Below are positions 12,031 to 24,469 of a stretch of 64,000 bases of DNA, piece after piece. The number at the start of each line of letters is the position of its first letter. Positions within the stretch are counted from its first letter, which is position 1. Origin of the DNA: Macrostomum lignano (lineage: Eukaryota); contig NIVC01002733.1 of NCBI GenBank assembly GCA_002269645.1, positions 81,253 to 145,252 on the forward strand. Direction: 5' to 3'. Under the pieces are notes generated by a model that searched no databases, was not told the origin of the DNA, and worked only from the letters and a program-made list of their open reading frames with translations. Made by a program: the position numbers and the translations under genes.

Positions 12031-13751
12031 ATGCAAAGATTAGCACTATGCTTAGCTCGGCAGTTGACAGTTGGTGCTTCAATTTGTCAACGACAACCAA
12101 TTCGTCAGCTGTCTCTAATGGACTTCTTTGGTAACAGTCAGGACTGGGGTGTCAGTGCTGTACTGGTTGGCCGGCCTTATCGAATTGAGGAGCTTCGATT
12201 GAAAAGTTCAACCGATTTGCACAAACTCTGGTGGCTGTTAATTAAAGAGCGTAACGCTTTGATGACGTTGGAGGAAGAGCACTACAGGTGTGGAGAAGCT
12301 TTTCCCAATCCTGAGCGGCTGGAAAAGGTGTGGTTTTGATGCTAACTTCATCTGTTTCTTTGTTGGCCTTTAATCTTTTGTCAGTGTGGGTGGTTTTTCA
12401 GTAAGGTGCCCTGGATTCTCCAATGTCCTGGATTCTTCATTGAGGGTGTCCTGGATTCTTCATTGAGGGTGTCCTGGATTCTTCATTGAGGGTGTCCTGG
12501 ATTCTTCATTGAGGGTGTCCTGGATTCTTCATTGAGGGTGTCCTGGATTCTTCATTGAGGCTGACCTGGATTCTTCATTGAGGGTGTCCTGGATTCTTCA
12601 TTGAGGGTGTCCTGGATTCTTCATTGAGGCTGGCCTGGATTCTTCATTGAGGGTGTCCTGGATTCTTCAGTAGGGTGTCCTGGATTCTTCATTGAGGGTG
12701 TCCTGGATTCTTCTGTATGGTGTCCTGGATTCTTCATTGAGGGTGTCCTGGATTCTTCATTGAGGGTGTCCTGGATTCTTCATTGAGGGTGTCCTGGATT
12801 CTTCATTGAGGGTGTCCTGGATTCTTCATTGAGGGTGTCCTGGATTCTTCATTGAGGGTGTCCTGGATTCTTCATTGAGGGTGTCCTGGATTCTTCATTG
12901 AGGGTGTCCTGGATTCTTCATTGAGGGTGTCCTGGATTCTTCATTGAGGCTGGCCTGGATTCTTCATTGAGGGTGTCCTGGATTCTTCAGTAGGGTGTCC
13001 TGGATTCTTCATTGAGGGTGTCCTGGATTCTTCATTGAGGGTGTCCTGGATTCTTCTGTATGGTGTCCTGGATTCTTCATTGAGAGTGTCCTGGATTCTT
13101 CATTGAGGGTGTCCTGGATTCTTCATTGAGGGTGTCCTGGATTCTTCACTGAGGGTGTCCTGGATTCTTCATTGAGGGTGTCCTGGATTCTTCATTGAGG
13201 GTGTCCTGGATTCTTCATTGAGGGTGTCCTGGATTCTTCATTGAGGGTGTCCTGGATTCTTCACTGAGGGTGTCCTGGATTCTTCATTGAGGGTGTCCTT
13301 GATCCTTCATTGAGGCGTCTGCTGTAACTCTAACTCCCTTAATAGGAAGTTACAATGCAAAAATTACTATATTTTCACCCTGTCACCCAAACTCACCCAG
13401 GTGGAAGAGTCAATGGAGAACATCCTACTAACAGTAGAGGAGCGAAATCGCGCAGTTAACGAACTGGAACGCGGCCATTCGCCCGGCCCAGAAGTGGTGG
13501 AAGACGTCGATCAGCTGTTCAGGCCGACAGTGAAGGTCACCCGAGAGTACGCAGTGCCCCGTCACGCCAATCCCGAGTTTCGTCATCGAGATAAGCCTGA
13601 TCAATTCTTCTCAAGCAGAAATTTGGCCCTACTTCAGGCTGAACGAGAGACTAAAATTCGAAACCAGGTGCACGAGGAACGCGAGGCGAGATTAGCCGAG
13701 AATGAGGCCGCCTATCGGGATATGCTGTTCAAAGAGGAGAACTATAATTAG
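12031..13751 (+). CDS. MRPL47: Mitochondrial ribosomal protein L47 (uL29m); exons 12031-12327 and 13401-13751
   Basis: GRPYRIEELRLKSSTDLHKLWWLLIKERNALMT...FPNPERLEK|VEESMENI is the MRP-L47 signature. Phase-0 intron AAG|GT (12328) ... CAG|GTG (13400). Confidence 0.92.
12405..13315 (+). repeat. 23-bp minisatellite (GAGGGTGTCCTGGATTCTTCATT), about 39 copies, filling the MRPL47 intron
   Basis: Direct 23-bp periodicity with few variants. Confidence 0.97.
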
Positions 13752-13839
13752 ATTTTTTATTACTATTACAATCTGAGTGTCCTAATTAGCATTTTTATTA
13801 ATCCATTTGTGTTGCATTGTTCTATGGTTTATTGGTCAT

Positions 13840-14698
13840 GAGTTCTACTCCTCAGATCCTAAGTTCTACTCCCCAGATCCTGAGTTCTACTCCCCAGATC
13901 CTGAGTTCTACTCCTCAGATCCTGAGTTCTACTCCCCGGATCCTGAGTTCTACTCCTCAGATCCTGAGTTCTACTCCCCAGATCCTGAGTTCTACTCCCC
14001 AGATCCTGAGTTCTACTCCCCAGATCCTGAGTTCTACTCCTCAGATCCTGAGTTCTACTCCCCAGATCCTGAGTTCTACTCCCCAGATCCTGAGTTCTAC
14101 TCCCCAGATCCTGAGTTCTACTCCTCAGATCCTGAGTTCTACTCCCCAGATCCTGAGTTCTAATCCCCAGATCCTGAGTTCTACTCCCCAGATCCTGAGT
14201 TCTACTCCCCAGATCCTGAGTTCTACTCCTCAGATCCTGAGTTCTACTCCCCAGATCCTGAGTTCTACTCCCCAGATCCTGAGTTCTACTCCTCAGATCC
14301 TGAGTTCTACTCCCCAGATCCTGAGTTCTACTCCCCAGATCCTGAGTTCTACTCCCCAGATCCTGAGTTCTACTCCCCAGATCCTGAGTTCTACTCCCCA
14401 GATCCTGAGTTCTACTCCTCAGATCCTGAGTTCTACTCCCCAGATCCTGAGTTCTACTCCCCAGATCCTGAGTTCTACTCCCCAGATCCTGAGTTCTACT
14501 CCCCAGATCCTGAGTTCTACTCCTCAGATCCTGAGTTCTACTCCCCAGATCCTGAGTTCTACTCCCCAGATCCTGAGTTCTACTCCTCAGATCCTGAGTT
14601 CTACTCCCCAGATCCTGAGTTCTACTCCCCAGATCCTGAGTTCTACTCCTCAAATCCTGAGTTCTACTCCTCAGGTTCTAAGTTCTACTCCCCACATC
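13840..14698 (+). repeat. 21-bp minisatellite (GAGTTCTACTCCCCAGATCCT), about 41 copies
   Basis: Direct 21-bp periodicity; accounts for the SSTPQIL/YSPDPEF ORFs. Confidence 0.97.
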
Positions 14699-15012
14699 TA
14701 AAGCTCTTCAATTTCTAGAGTACATCAAAAAGTACCATAATTTCGATAGTAGCTAAAATCTTAGCGCTGCGATCTTTTGCTAGCTTGAAATGCGGTTTCT
14801 ATTACAGGGCCATTTTGGTGCTGCTCTTTAAGTTAACATCAAGTAGCATCGAACTTGTTGGCAATGCAATCTTGCTGGTAGTTTTGTTGCTAATAAAGAA
14901 ATATTGTTAACACCCAAGTTGTAGACACTATCGTGTCAAATATGACTTTGATTTCCTTATATTTAGTTAAGTGTTCAACTAGCTGTTTATTGAGATGCTT
15001 TAAGTAGACATT

Positions 15013-15205
15013 CAGCCTCCCAGATCCTCAATTACTAGGCCAGCCACCCAGATCCTCAGTTGCTGGGCCAGCCTCCCAGATCCTCAGTTGCTGGGTCAGT
15101 CTCCCAGATCCTCAGTTGCTAGGCCAGCCTCTCAGATCCTCAGTTGCTAGGCCAGTCTCCTAGATCCTCAATTGCTAGGCCAGCCTCCCAGATCCTCAGT
15201 TGCTA
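15013..15205 (+). repeat. 28-bp minisatellite (CCAGCCTCCCAGATCCTCAGTTGCTGGG), about 7 copies
   Basis: Same unit as the array at 20970-21788. Confidence 0.93.
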
Positions 15206-15363
15206 GTCACAGTTTAATGTACTTTTCCATTTTCAGTTAGCTGGGTATTTTGATTTGAATGAAAAAAATCCAATTTGAAGAAAATCCCTTTTTTTCTACT
15301 TACTAAGTAGGCGAATAAGGACATGAATTGATTAATTAAATATCCGCATGCGCAGCAATTAGA

Positions 15364-15681
15364 ATGGCTCCAGCCTACGAGATCTGCGTCGGTCTAAAGA
15401 AGGGCCACCGCGTAACGGCCAACACGCCTCGCGAGAAGCCCGCAAACAGGCGCGGAAAATCCACAAAGAATAACAAATTCGTTCGCTCGGTTATTCGCGA
15501 AATTGTTGGCTACGCGCCCTACGAGCGTCGAATTGTTGAATTGTTGAAGATCTCCAAGGATAAGCGCGCGTTGAAGTTTGCTAAGCGCCGTCTCGGCTCG
15601 CATCTGCGCGCCAAGAGGAAGCGCGAAGAGATGGTCCGCGTGGTGCAGGCCCAGCACCGCAAGAAGGAGACCAAGGAGTGA
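15364..15681 (+). CDS. RPL36: 60S ribosomal protein L36 (eL36)
   Basis: [10 protein letters not shown]...[53 protein letters not shown] is the canonical eL36 sequence; intact ORF. Confidence 0.97.
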   Translation: MAPAYEICVGLKKGHRVTANTPREKPANRRGKSTKNNKFVRSVIREIVGYAPYERRIVELLKISKDKRALKFAKRRLGSHLRAKRKREEMVRVVQAQHRKKETKE

Positions 15682-16027
15682 CAATATATTGAGTAGTTAA
15701 GCTACAGCAGACTAGCTGATCGAGTGCGAAATTCTGTTGGAAGTAAATAATAATTGAAGCTGTGTTAGTTGACAATTTTTTGCAATGAAAAAAATCAACT
15801 GACCTACATGCTTGTTGATTGGTTGGAGAATTGTTGATTGACGTTCTTTGCTTGGTTTTGTTCTTTTTTTACTTCTGCTTTCTGTAATATCTTAGTAGAT
15901 TTTAGGCGTTAGGTAACTTCAAGCTCAGTAAGGGTTATTCAACGAGTAAAGGTTTTCCGGGCACAGATATTGTCAGATGTTTTCCCCGTCGAGGTTTTCT
16001 TGTTGAGTTTCCCCATCGATTTTTTCC

Positions 16028-16255
16028 TCCCAAGGTCACCTGTCCAGTTTTCCACCCCAAGGTCACCCGTCGAGTCCTTCCCAAGGTCACCCAGAGTTTT
16101 CCACCTCGAGGTCACCCGTCGAGTCCTTCCCAAGGTCACCCATGGAGTTTTCCACCTCGAGGTCACCCGTCGAGTCCTTCCCAAGGTCACCCATGGAGTT
16201 TTCCACCTCGAGGTCACCCGTCGAGTCCTTCCCAAGGTCACACGTCGAGTTTTCC
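16028..16255 (+). repeat. 51-bp tandem repeat built from AGGTCACC/GTCGAG sub-units, about 4 copies
   Basis: Unit CCAAGGTCACCCATGGAGTTTTCCACCTCGAGGTCACCCGTCGAGTCCTTC. Confidence 0.9.
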
Positions 16256-16643
16256 CCACCGAGATATTAGCCTCGTCTGTGACAATTCCGCTAACAATCA
16301 GTATCAAGTGTCTGCAGAATTGAAGTTCTTCGGCCAGAATACTTGGTTTGAAATTCTCTACTTGATTGTCTTTTAACCATAGAGAAGTGCCCGATTGGGC
16401 TTTTTTATGGCCGAGTACAGTTCTGTGGCAGCAAATAAGGATTCTTCACTTATCAAAACATTCAATTGAGTGACAATAGCAACGTCTAGTACGTTAGAGA
16501 ATTAGCTCGTAATCTCACGCAGTACAGTACATACTGTACTTTAATTTTCACTGTTTCCTTTCTAGATGTATTTTTAGCTCTCTTAGACTTGATTGATTAA
16601 AGTAAACACTGAAAAGCTGAATCTGGAGTATAGAATTCTGAGG

Positions 16644-17589
16644 TTTATTAGAGGTACGTTGTCACAACCGACGAGAGGCATTGCTGCCCATTCCGCCGAC
16701 TCCCCTGAGCAGGCACACAAGCGCGCGGATACGTACGCAGTAATATGGGGTAGCTTTCATAAGACCGAAATTTCAAAACGCCGAAAACTCAAAATGCAGG
16801 GCCCTTCACAAGACGAAATTGCACAAGACCGAAATTTCACAAGACCGAAACTTCACAAGACCGAAATTTCACAAGACAGAAACTTCATAAGACCGAAACT
16901 TCACAAGACCGAAACTTCATAAGACCGAAACTTCATAAGACCGAAACTTCATAAGACCGAAACTTCATAAGACCGAAACTTCACAAGACCGAAACTTCAT
17001 AAGACCGAAACTTCATAAGACCGAAACTTCATAAGACCGAAACTTCACAAGACCGAAACTTCATAAGACCGAAACTTCACAAGACCGAAACTTCATAAGA
17101 CCGAAATTTCACAACGCCGAAAACTCAAAATGCAGGGCCCTTCACAAGACCGAAACCTCATAAGACCGAAAACTCAAAATGCAAAATGAACAATAAATTT
17201 CACTACTCACTGTTCACAAAAAGTTGAGTGCTTCGTTTGTGCTTGCTTCTGACGTAACAAATTTTATAATGACCAAGAAAATTTACATGCCAGCTTCATT
17301 ATGAAGTTTCGGTCTTGTGAATGGCCCTGCTTTTTGATTTTTGGCGTTGTGAAATTTCGGTCTTGTGAAACCCCCCCCCCCGTCATACGTGCAGGCACAC
17401 ACTCACACAGGAGTGCATGTACATTTATTTCACTGTGCCTTGGGGTTTGTCCCCCGACCTCAAGGCCGTTAATTGCACGAGCAGAGCGAAGCCAAGATTC
17501 AGATTTAGCTCAAAATTAATGTGACTGCACTTGGAATCGAGCCTGGGCCGCTGGTACATAAGATTGTCGCGCTAGACCAGTAGGCTACC
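16644..17589 (-). mobile_element. tRNA-derived SINE (family A), split by a nested TIR element
   Basis: Reverse complement reads GGTAGCCTACTGGTCTAGCGC...CCCAGGCTCGATTCCAAGTGCAGTCACATTAATT, with a body matching 40154-40517 and a CTCTAATAAA tail at 16644-16653. Interrupted at about 16741-17382. Confidence 0.85.
16745..17382. mobile_element. Non-autonomous foldback/MITE-type DNA element with about 75-bp TIRs and an internal 16-bp tandem array (AAGACCGAAACTTCAT)
   Basis: Left end GGGG..TTTCATAAGACCGAAATTTCAAAACGCCGAAAACTCAAAATGCAGGGCCC matches the reverse complement of about 17310-17382. The flanks rejoin the SINE sequence seen uninterrupted at about 54040-54065. Confidence 0.85.
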
Positions 17590-17646
17590 ATAAAACCAAT
17601 ATTTCAGGTGCCAGTCTATCATAATACTAATTAGAAATCAAACACA

Positions 17647-20444
17647 ATGGCAAATCCAGCTAACAGTGCATCCAGCAGGATGCCCATTGCCAGTCGGGAT
17701 CATCAGTTTGCCATACCAATTCGAATTGTGTACGTCAACTCGTTGAATAATTTTCATTTTATTTTGGAGGAAGACTACGCCAAATTGAACGAATTAATGT
17801 CGGCTATGTACCAATTCTACTCGTCACCCAGTAGTGCCAGTGTAGTTTGTACATCCAAACTCAAACTCGGCAGTCTGTACTCTCTATACGCCTATAATGA
17901 ATGGTATCGAGCACGGCTGTTGTCCATTGACCAGCAGCAGCCAATGCCCGACCAACAGGTGGTGGGCAGTATGCAGTTTGAACTGATCGATTTCGGAGAA
18001 CTTATCGCTGTGCCGTGTATGGAGCTGCATCGAGTGGCCAGGCTGCTTGTGAGATTTGCCGAGATGAAACCGGCCGCTCTTCTGGGCAGGTTGGCTAGCG
18101 TCTATCCTAAGCCTGGTGGGTTGGTTTGTTTCTGATTCATCTGCTTATATCTTTATGTAAATCAGGCAGTTGTTGGGTATGGCTGTCATTAAGCACTGGC
18201 ACTCTATACCCTTCACTGGCACTCTGCACCCTTCACTGGCACTCTAAACCCTCCATTGGCACTCTACACCCTCCATTGGCACTCTCAGCTCCATTGACAC
18301 TCTAAACCCTCCATTGGCACTCTGCACCCTTCACTGGCACTCTACACCCTCCACTGGCACTCTACACCCTCCACTGGCACTCTACACCCTTCACTGGCAC
18401 TCTACACCCTCCATTGGCACTCTACACTCTCCACTGGCACTCTACACCCTCCATTGGCACTCTACACCCTCCACTGGCACTCTACACCCTCCATTGGCAC
18501 TCTACACCCTCCATTGGCACTCTACACCCTCCACTGGCACTCTACACCCTCCACTGGCACTCTACACTCCATTGGCAATCTACACTCCATTGGCACTCTA
18601 CACTCCATTAGCACTCTACACCCTCCATTGGCACTCTACACCCTCCACTGGCACTCTACACCCTTCACTGGCACTCTACACCCTCCATTGGCACTCTACA
18701 CCCTCCACTGGCACTCTACACCCTCCACTGGCACTCTACACCCTCCACTGGCACTCTACACCCTCCACTGGCACTCTACACTCCATTGGCAATCTACACT
18801 CCATTGGCACTCTACACTCCATTAGCACTCTACACCCTCCATTGGCACTCTACACCCTCCACTGACACTCTACACCCTCCATTGGCACTCTACACCCTCC
18901 ATTGGCACTCTACACCCTCCATTGGCACTCTACACTCTCCATTGACACTCTACACCCTCCATTGGCACTCTACACTCTCCATTGACACTCTACACCCTCC
19001 ATTGGCACTCTACACCCTCCATTGACGCTCTACACCCTCCATTGGCACTCTACACTCTCCATTGCACTCTACACTCTACACTCTCCATTGCACTCTACAC
19101 CCTCCATTGTCACTCTACACCCTCCATTGGCACTCTACACCCTCCATTGCACTCTACACTCTCCATTGACACTCTACACCCTCCATTGGCACTCTACACC
19201 CTCCATTGGCACTCTACACCCTCCATTGCACTCTACATCCTCCATTGGCACTCTACACTCTCCATTGACACTCTACACCCTCCATTGGCACTCTACACCC
19301 TCCATTGCACTCTACACCCTCCATTGGCACTCTACACTCTCCATTGGCACTCTACACTCTCCATTGACACTCTACACCCTCCATTGGCACTCTACACCCT
19401 CCATTGACGCTCTACACCCTCCATTGGCACTCTACACCCTCCATTGCACTCTACACCCTCCATTGGCACTCTACACTCTCCATTGGCACTCTACACTCTC
19501 CATTGACACTCTACACCCTCCATTGGCACTCTACACCCTCCATTGACGCTCTACACCCTCCATTGGCACTCTACACTCTCCATTGCACTCTACACACTAC
19601 ACTCTCCATTGACACTCTACACTCTCCATTGGCACTCTACACCCTCCATTGACGCTCTACACCCTCCATTGACGCTCTACACCCTCCATTGACGCTCTAC
19701 ACCCTCCATTGACGCTCTACACCCTCCATTGACGCTCTACACCCTCCATTGACGCTCTACACTCCATTGGCACTCTACACTCTCCATTGACACTCTAAAC
19801 CCTCCACTAGAACTTTGTTATTCATTGGTACAATGAAATGGAAGACTTTTAAAAACATTTTTCTAGCACTATAGTTACGATTTAAACTTTTAATATGTAT
19901 GTAAAGCTCTTATGCGTGTTTCATTTGATGTTTACTTATTTATTTACAAGTTTAGAATTAGAAATTTTATTAAAAGTTTCATTAGTGGTAAAAGCATCTT
20001 ACATGCCCGCTGTACACCCTGTGGGAGCGCTTGAGTGTGCTCAGGGAGTCTGCGTAATAAGCAGAATTGCCGTCAGCTATGAGTGTCGCTTTTATTCCTC
20101 CACCAACAGAAGAGACATTCAACGCCGCTCAGGCCCTTCACAATCTGGTGAACAAACGCGTTATGTACGCCTTCTGTCGGCGAGCAGTCAATCCTGCAAG
20201 CCCGACTGAACAGGTGGCCAATGAGAACGGTGTTTCTTTGGCAGCTAAACAATCGCAAACTATTATTTACCATTTGGATCTGTTCTTTGTACCAACTGGT
20301 TGGTTCCAAACCGAGTGCCACTACAACGGAGTTGATGGTAAACTATTGAAGGCCGGTCTAGTGCATAATCGTCAGGATCATTTGGAGGTCATGCACATTG
20401 GCGCGGTTCCGTGCGAGTACTGCGGCAATGGCAAGGAAAACTGA
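17647..20444 (+). CDS. Tudor-domain protein; predicted exons 17647-18115 and 20065-20444
   Basis: IRIVYVNSLNNFHFI...GSLYSLYAYNEWYRARLL...FELIDFGELIAV...PAALLGRLASVYP fits an extended Tudor domain. Phase-1 donor G|GTGGGT (18116) and acceptor AAGCAG|AA (20064) join in frame to ORF 20067-20444. Confidence 0.7.
18194..19807 (+). repeat. 20-bp minisatellite (TTGGCACTCTACACCCTCCA), about 80 copies, inside the Tudor-gene intron
   Basis: Direct periodicity with 18-20-bp variants. Confidence 0.97.
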
Positions 20445-20969
20445 TCGTCAATAATAACTTTGATATCAATTCTAGAAATTTTAGCTTAGACAGCATCATT
20501 TTCTTGGCATATTCTTGCATTTTTACTGTCAGTAGTCTAGTTAGTAGTAGTTTCGTTTTGTTATTTTACTCAGAGAGTGCTTCTCTCTGGTATTTTGCAC
20601 CGTTTAATCTCTTTCCAAAAGTTTTCATCAACGTATTCTTTCATTTCTACTTGCAGTAGTTTTTTTAGGTTTTGTAGTTTATCGCACAATTCTGCCGGCC
20701 GCGCTTAAAGTTGTGTGCGTTCTTGTATTTGCATTTGTTTAAGAATCAAAGAGTTTGATTCTTTGTTTTTATTATATTTTCTCAATTGTTTGGTCTAGTG
20801 CTGACTAAATAATGAGTAAGTAATAAAACAGCATTTGTATTCATCTTTTGTGTGTTTTAAAACTTTGAGCTGCATCAACTTAAAGTAGTAACTGCTAGAG
20901 AAGTTTTTCAGCTTTGCTGTTCATTCGATTAAATTTGATTTCAAGATCCGAGGCTCTTTTTAATTGTCT

Positions 20970-21788
20970 AGGCCAGCCTCCCAGATCCTCAGTTGCTGTT
21001 GCTGGGCCAGCCTCCCACAGTGTCAGTTGCTGGGCCAGCCTCCCAGATCCTCAGTTGCTGTTGCTGGGCCAGCCTCCCACAGTGTCAGTTGCTGGGCCAG
21101 CCTCCCAGATCCACAGTTGCTGTTGCTGGGCCAGCCAGCCTCCCAGATCCTCAGTTGCTGGGCCAGCTTCCCAGATCCTCAGTTGCTAAGCCAGCTTCCC
21201 AGATCCTCAGTTGCTGGGCCAGCTTCCCAGATCCTCAGTTGCTGGGCCAGCCTCCCAAATCCTCAGTTGCTGGGCCAGCTTCCCAAATCCTCAGTTGCTG
21301 GGCCAGCCTCCCAGATCCTCAGTTGCTGGGCCAGCCTCCCAGATCCTCAGTTGCTGGGCCAGCCTCCCAGATCCTCAGTTGCTGGGCCAGCCTCCCAAAT
21401 CCTTAGTTGCTGGGCCAGCCTCCCAAATCCTCAGTTGCTGGGCCAGCTTCCCAAATCCTCAGTTGCTGGGCCAGCCTCCCAGATCTTCAGTTGCTGGGCC
21501 AGCCTCCCAGATCCTCAGTTGCTGGGCCAGCCTCCCAGATCCTCACTTGCTGGGCCAGCCTCCCAAATCCTCAGTTGCTGGGCCAGCTTCCCAAATCCTC
21601 AGTTGCTGGGCCAGCCTCCCAGATCCTTAGTTGCTGGGCCAGCCTCCCAAATCCTTAGTTGCTGGGCCAGCCTCCCAAATCTTCAGTTGCTGGGCCAGCC
21701 TCCCAAATCCTTAGTTGCTGGGCCAGCCTCCCAAATCCTCAGTTGCTGGGCCAGCCTCCCAGATCCTCACTTGCTGGGCCAGCCTCCT
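20970..21788 (+). repeat. 28-bp minisatellite, about 29 copies
   Basis: CCAGCCTCCCAGATCCTCAGTTGCTGGG period 28. Confidence 0.97.
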
Positions 21789-24340
21789 AGGAATCCTCAT
21801 TTCTTGATAAGAAATTTCTGACAGTTGCTACAGCCTGTTCATAGTCGTGTCATCTGTTGAAGGTGCCGACAGCGTCGGGGTGACGACTGAATGTTTGAGA
21901 GACTAGCTGAGGATGTCCCGCAGTTGTGATTTGCCTAATGTCGAGGCTTGATCAGTGAAACTAGAAATTTGCAACAGCGAGTCAATAGGCACCTGGTGCC
22001 ATCTGTTGAAGGTCCAGAAGCTCCGCTTGGGTGAAAGCCAGGGACCAACAAAGATGCAGACACATGTGGTAGACGTGTTGATGAATTTTGAAGACTTTGG
22101 CAAGGCCGCACTGAAACGCAGTGCTGATTGGCGCGCATATGTGTACTGAATACACTAGCGCTTAATATGGGAAAAATCCGACCTGGCAGAATCGTCGAAT
22201 ATCTATTGTTTGAGAAGGTGCGCAAATAAAGTTAGTCCGTTTTCTTGATTATCGTGTGCCTTCAAAACATTTTCTGGGGGGGATTCCTTGGTAGTTCGAT
22301 GGGCGGAAAAATGACTTGGGATTCCTACTGTTAAAGGGATCAGGCGTTCGGTCACTTTCCGATTTATGGCAGGCATCGCAGCTCGCGTTTGCCGATATTC
22401 GGAGCTTTACCCCGGGCTGCTGCCCGCCTCTCTTGGCGAGTTCATTCACCAACTCGATGTCCAGATCACTTTTGATCCTATTGAACATCTGTAACCGCGA
22501 CTTGGTTGATAGCTTGATAGAGGGCGAGGCATTTTAATAGCAGCCTTACTCTCGGAGTAGGGATTTAAATGTCAAAAGTTACTTGTTAGCTTTATCTTTA
22601 AGCTAACAGCCTTTACTGCTGGTAATTTTTTGGAGTCTATAGTGAAAGAAGATTTATGTGCTGCACAGTAGCCGTTCCTGCAGAGCAGGGTCAGCAGCGC
22701 TGATCATACGAAAAATGGGTGAAAAAAGTCCCACTTATCTGCAATGGAATGCAGCGACTCGGTTTCAGCATTCTCTGTGATGACATCATCAGTCTCAGAA
22801 TCCGATGAATGCAAAATTTCCATGGTTGTAGCTGATTTACTTTTCAATAAAATAATACACTACTCGTATTAAGGAGGTGCAGTGCTTTCTCTTTCAAAAA
22901 GGCCTGTTTAAAGTGAACTGTAGTGTCTATTGCTAGATATCGAGTAGTAGTAGCTCGTACACACTGCATAATCTATATAGAGAGCATTAAGTGAAATGCA
23001 CTTTGAAACTGCCAAGGACAACTTGATCAAGTTGTCCTTGGAAACTGCTTTTTTCGACCCTAGATTTATCCAAGCCAAGTATAAAATGCTCCCTTCTCGG
23101 CTAGAAAGGCTTTGCACAGCGGCGCATTAAGATTCTAGCTATAGTCTATGGTCAGCCTAGCAGACCATGTCGGCAGGAACGGAGCTTCTGTATTTCTAGC
23201 TCCGGCGCCAAAAGGCTATACAGCTGCTTAGCACATTGGCTGTTGGCCGGGATTTGGATTGAAAAATCGAGACATTTCAAATTAGTCAGGTCGTCGCACA
23301 AGGATCATTCCTCAGTGAAGCAGTGAATGCTCTGAAGATGAATGACAGTGAATGACTGCCAGCAGATTGGTGTACTTAAATTCCTTACTGCATGGTAATG
23401 AGCGGAGGGCGCTGGCAGTCCACCTCACTAAGGTTGAGATTAGTGTGGTTAAAGATCGCAACCGTGTCGTTATAATCTGGGGAATAAGTGTCTTCTCAGG
23501 CATGAGAGTTACTAATAAATTTATCACAGATAAGGCGCATGCGCATATGGCATCATTCACGCAGAGGCATGTTTAGAATTACCCCCCTTCTCCTGAAGAG
23601 TCCTCTTTGTCTCTGTATGACCAATGCGGTCCGCAGTCCCAGCAGTGTCCCTGTTCAGTCCGGCTGCCATTTTCCTAGACTGAAATCCGATCCTTCAAAA
23701 CAGCTGGTTTGGCTCAGGACATGCAGTTGCAATCGTCACATCTTCGCTACTATGGGGCTGATCATCCTCATCAGCTACTGCATACTTAGTCCTACTAAGC
23801 TATTCATTCTGGATGCGTATTTCCGGAGTAGCGAAAACATCCCATATACTAAAAATGAAAATCTTGCTTGCTTGCTTGTAATCGATTAGAGAAAAAGTGG
23901 TTTAACCGATTTTCATGAGACTTGCACTGTTCAATCAGAAATTTTCCCGGGACGGTACATGTATCTTGGCTAAGAAATTGCTAAATTCTAAAGGGATTAA
24001 ATATTCGAAAAACATACTTTTTTGCAAAGGTCAAGCAAACTTTTCGACTTGAAATGCATTGTAAGAATGCTAGAGAAAAAACTGACGACTGGTTGAATTC
24101 TGATTCTGAAATAGATTGCATCATAACTGAAATGTAACTCCGACTTGAATTGCGTCACAGTATTGAAAATGCAGTGTGGAAGCGTAGCACCAGACTTGAT
24201 TTAGATTGCGTAACCATATTCTCAACTTTAATTGAGACTGACACTGACTTGCCTGGGAAATTGATTATGTCATAACTGCTTCGTGAGTGAGTGTTGAATT
24301 ATATAAGTGCTACAATTTCATTTATAAATTCGATAAGATC

Positions 24341-24402
24341 TAGCCTAGATGTGAACAGACTGGACTGCTAATGCAGCGACCTGGGTTCGAATCTTAGTAG
24401 TG
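24341..24402 (+). mobile_element. tRNA-derived head (pol III A/B-box-like), not a functional tRNA
   Basis: TAGCCTAGATG...GGACTGCTAATGCAGCGACCTGGGTTCGAATC; no acceptor stem found. Confidence 0.55.
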
Positions 24403-24469
24403 AAAATTTTTTTATTAAAAGCTTTTATTAAAAAAATAATAAAGGACTAAAGGCGTCATGCAAAAAATC

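Noticed and set aside
21820-22790. Possible minus-strand gene remnant (MEILHSSDSETDD...; ELVNELAKRGG...)
   Set aside because: Protein-like by eye, but stop density is close to random expectation and no family was recognised.
24341-24402. Functional tRNA genes (also at 581, 17530-17589 and 40154)
   Set aside because: A/B boxes are present but there is no complete cloverleaf; they continue into repeat bodies.
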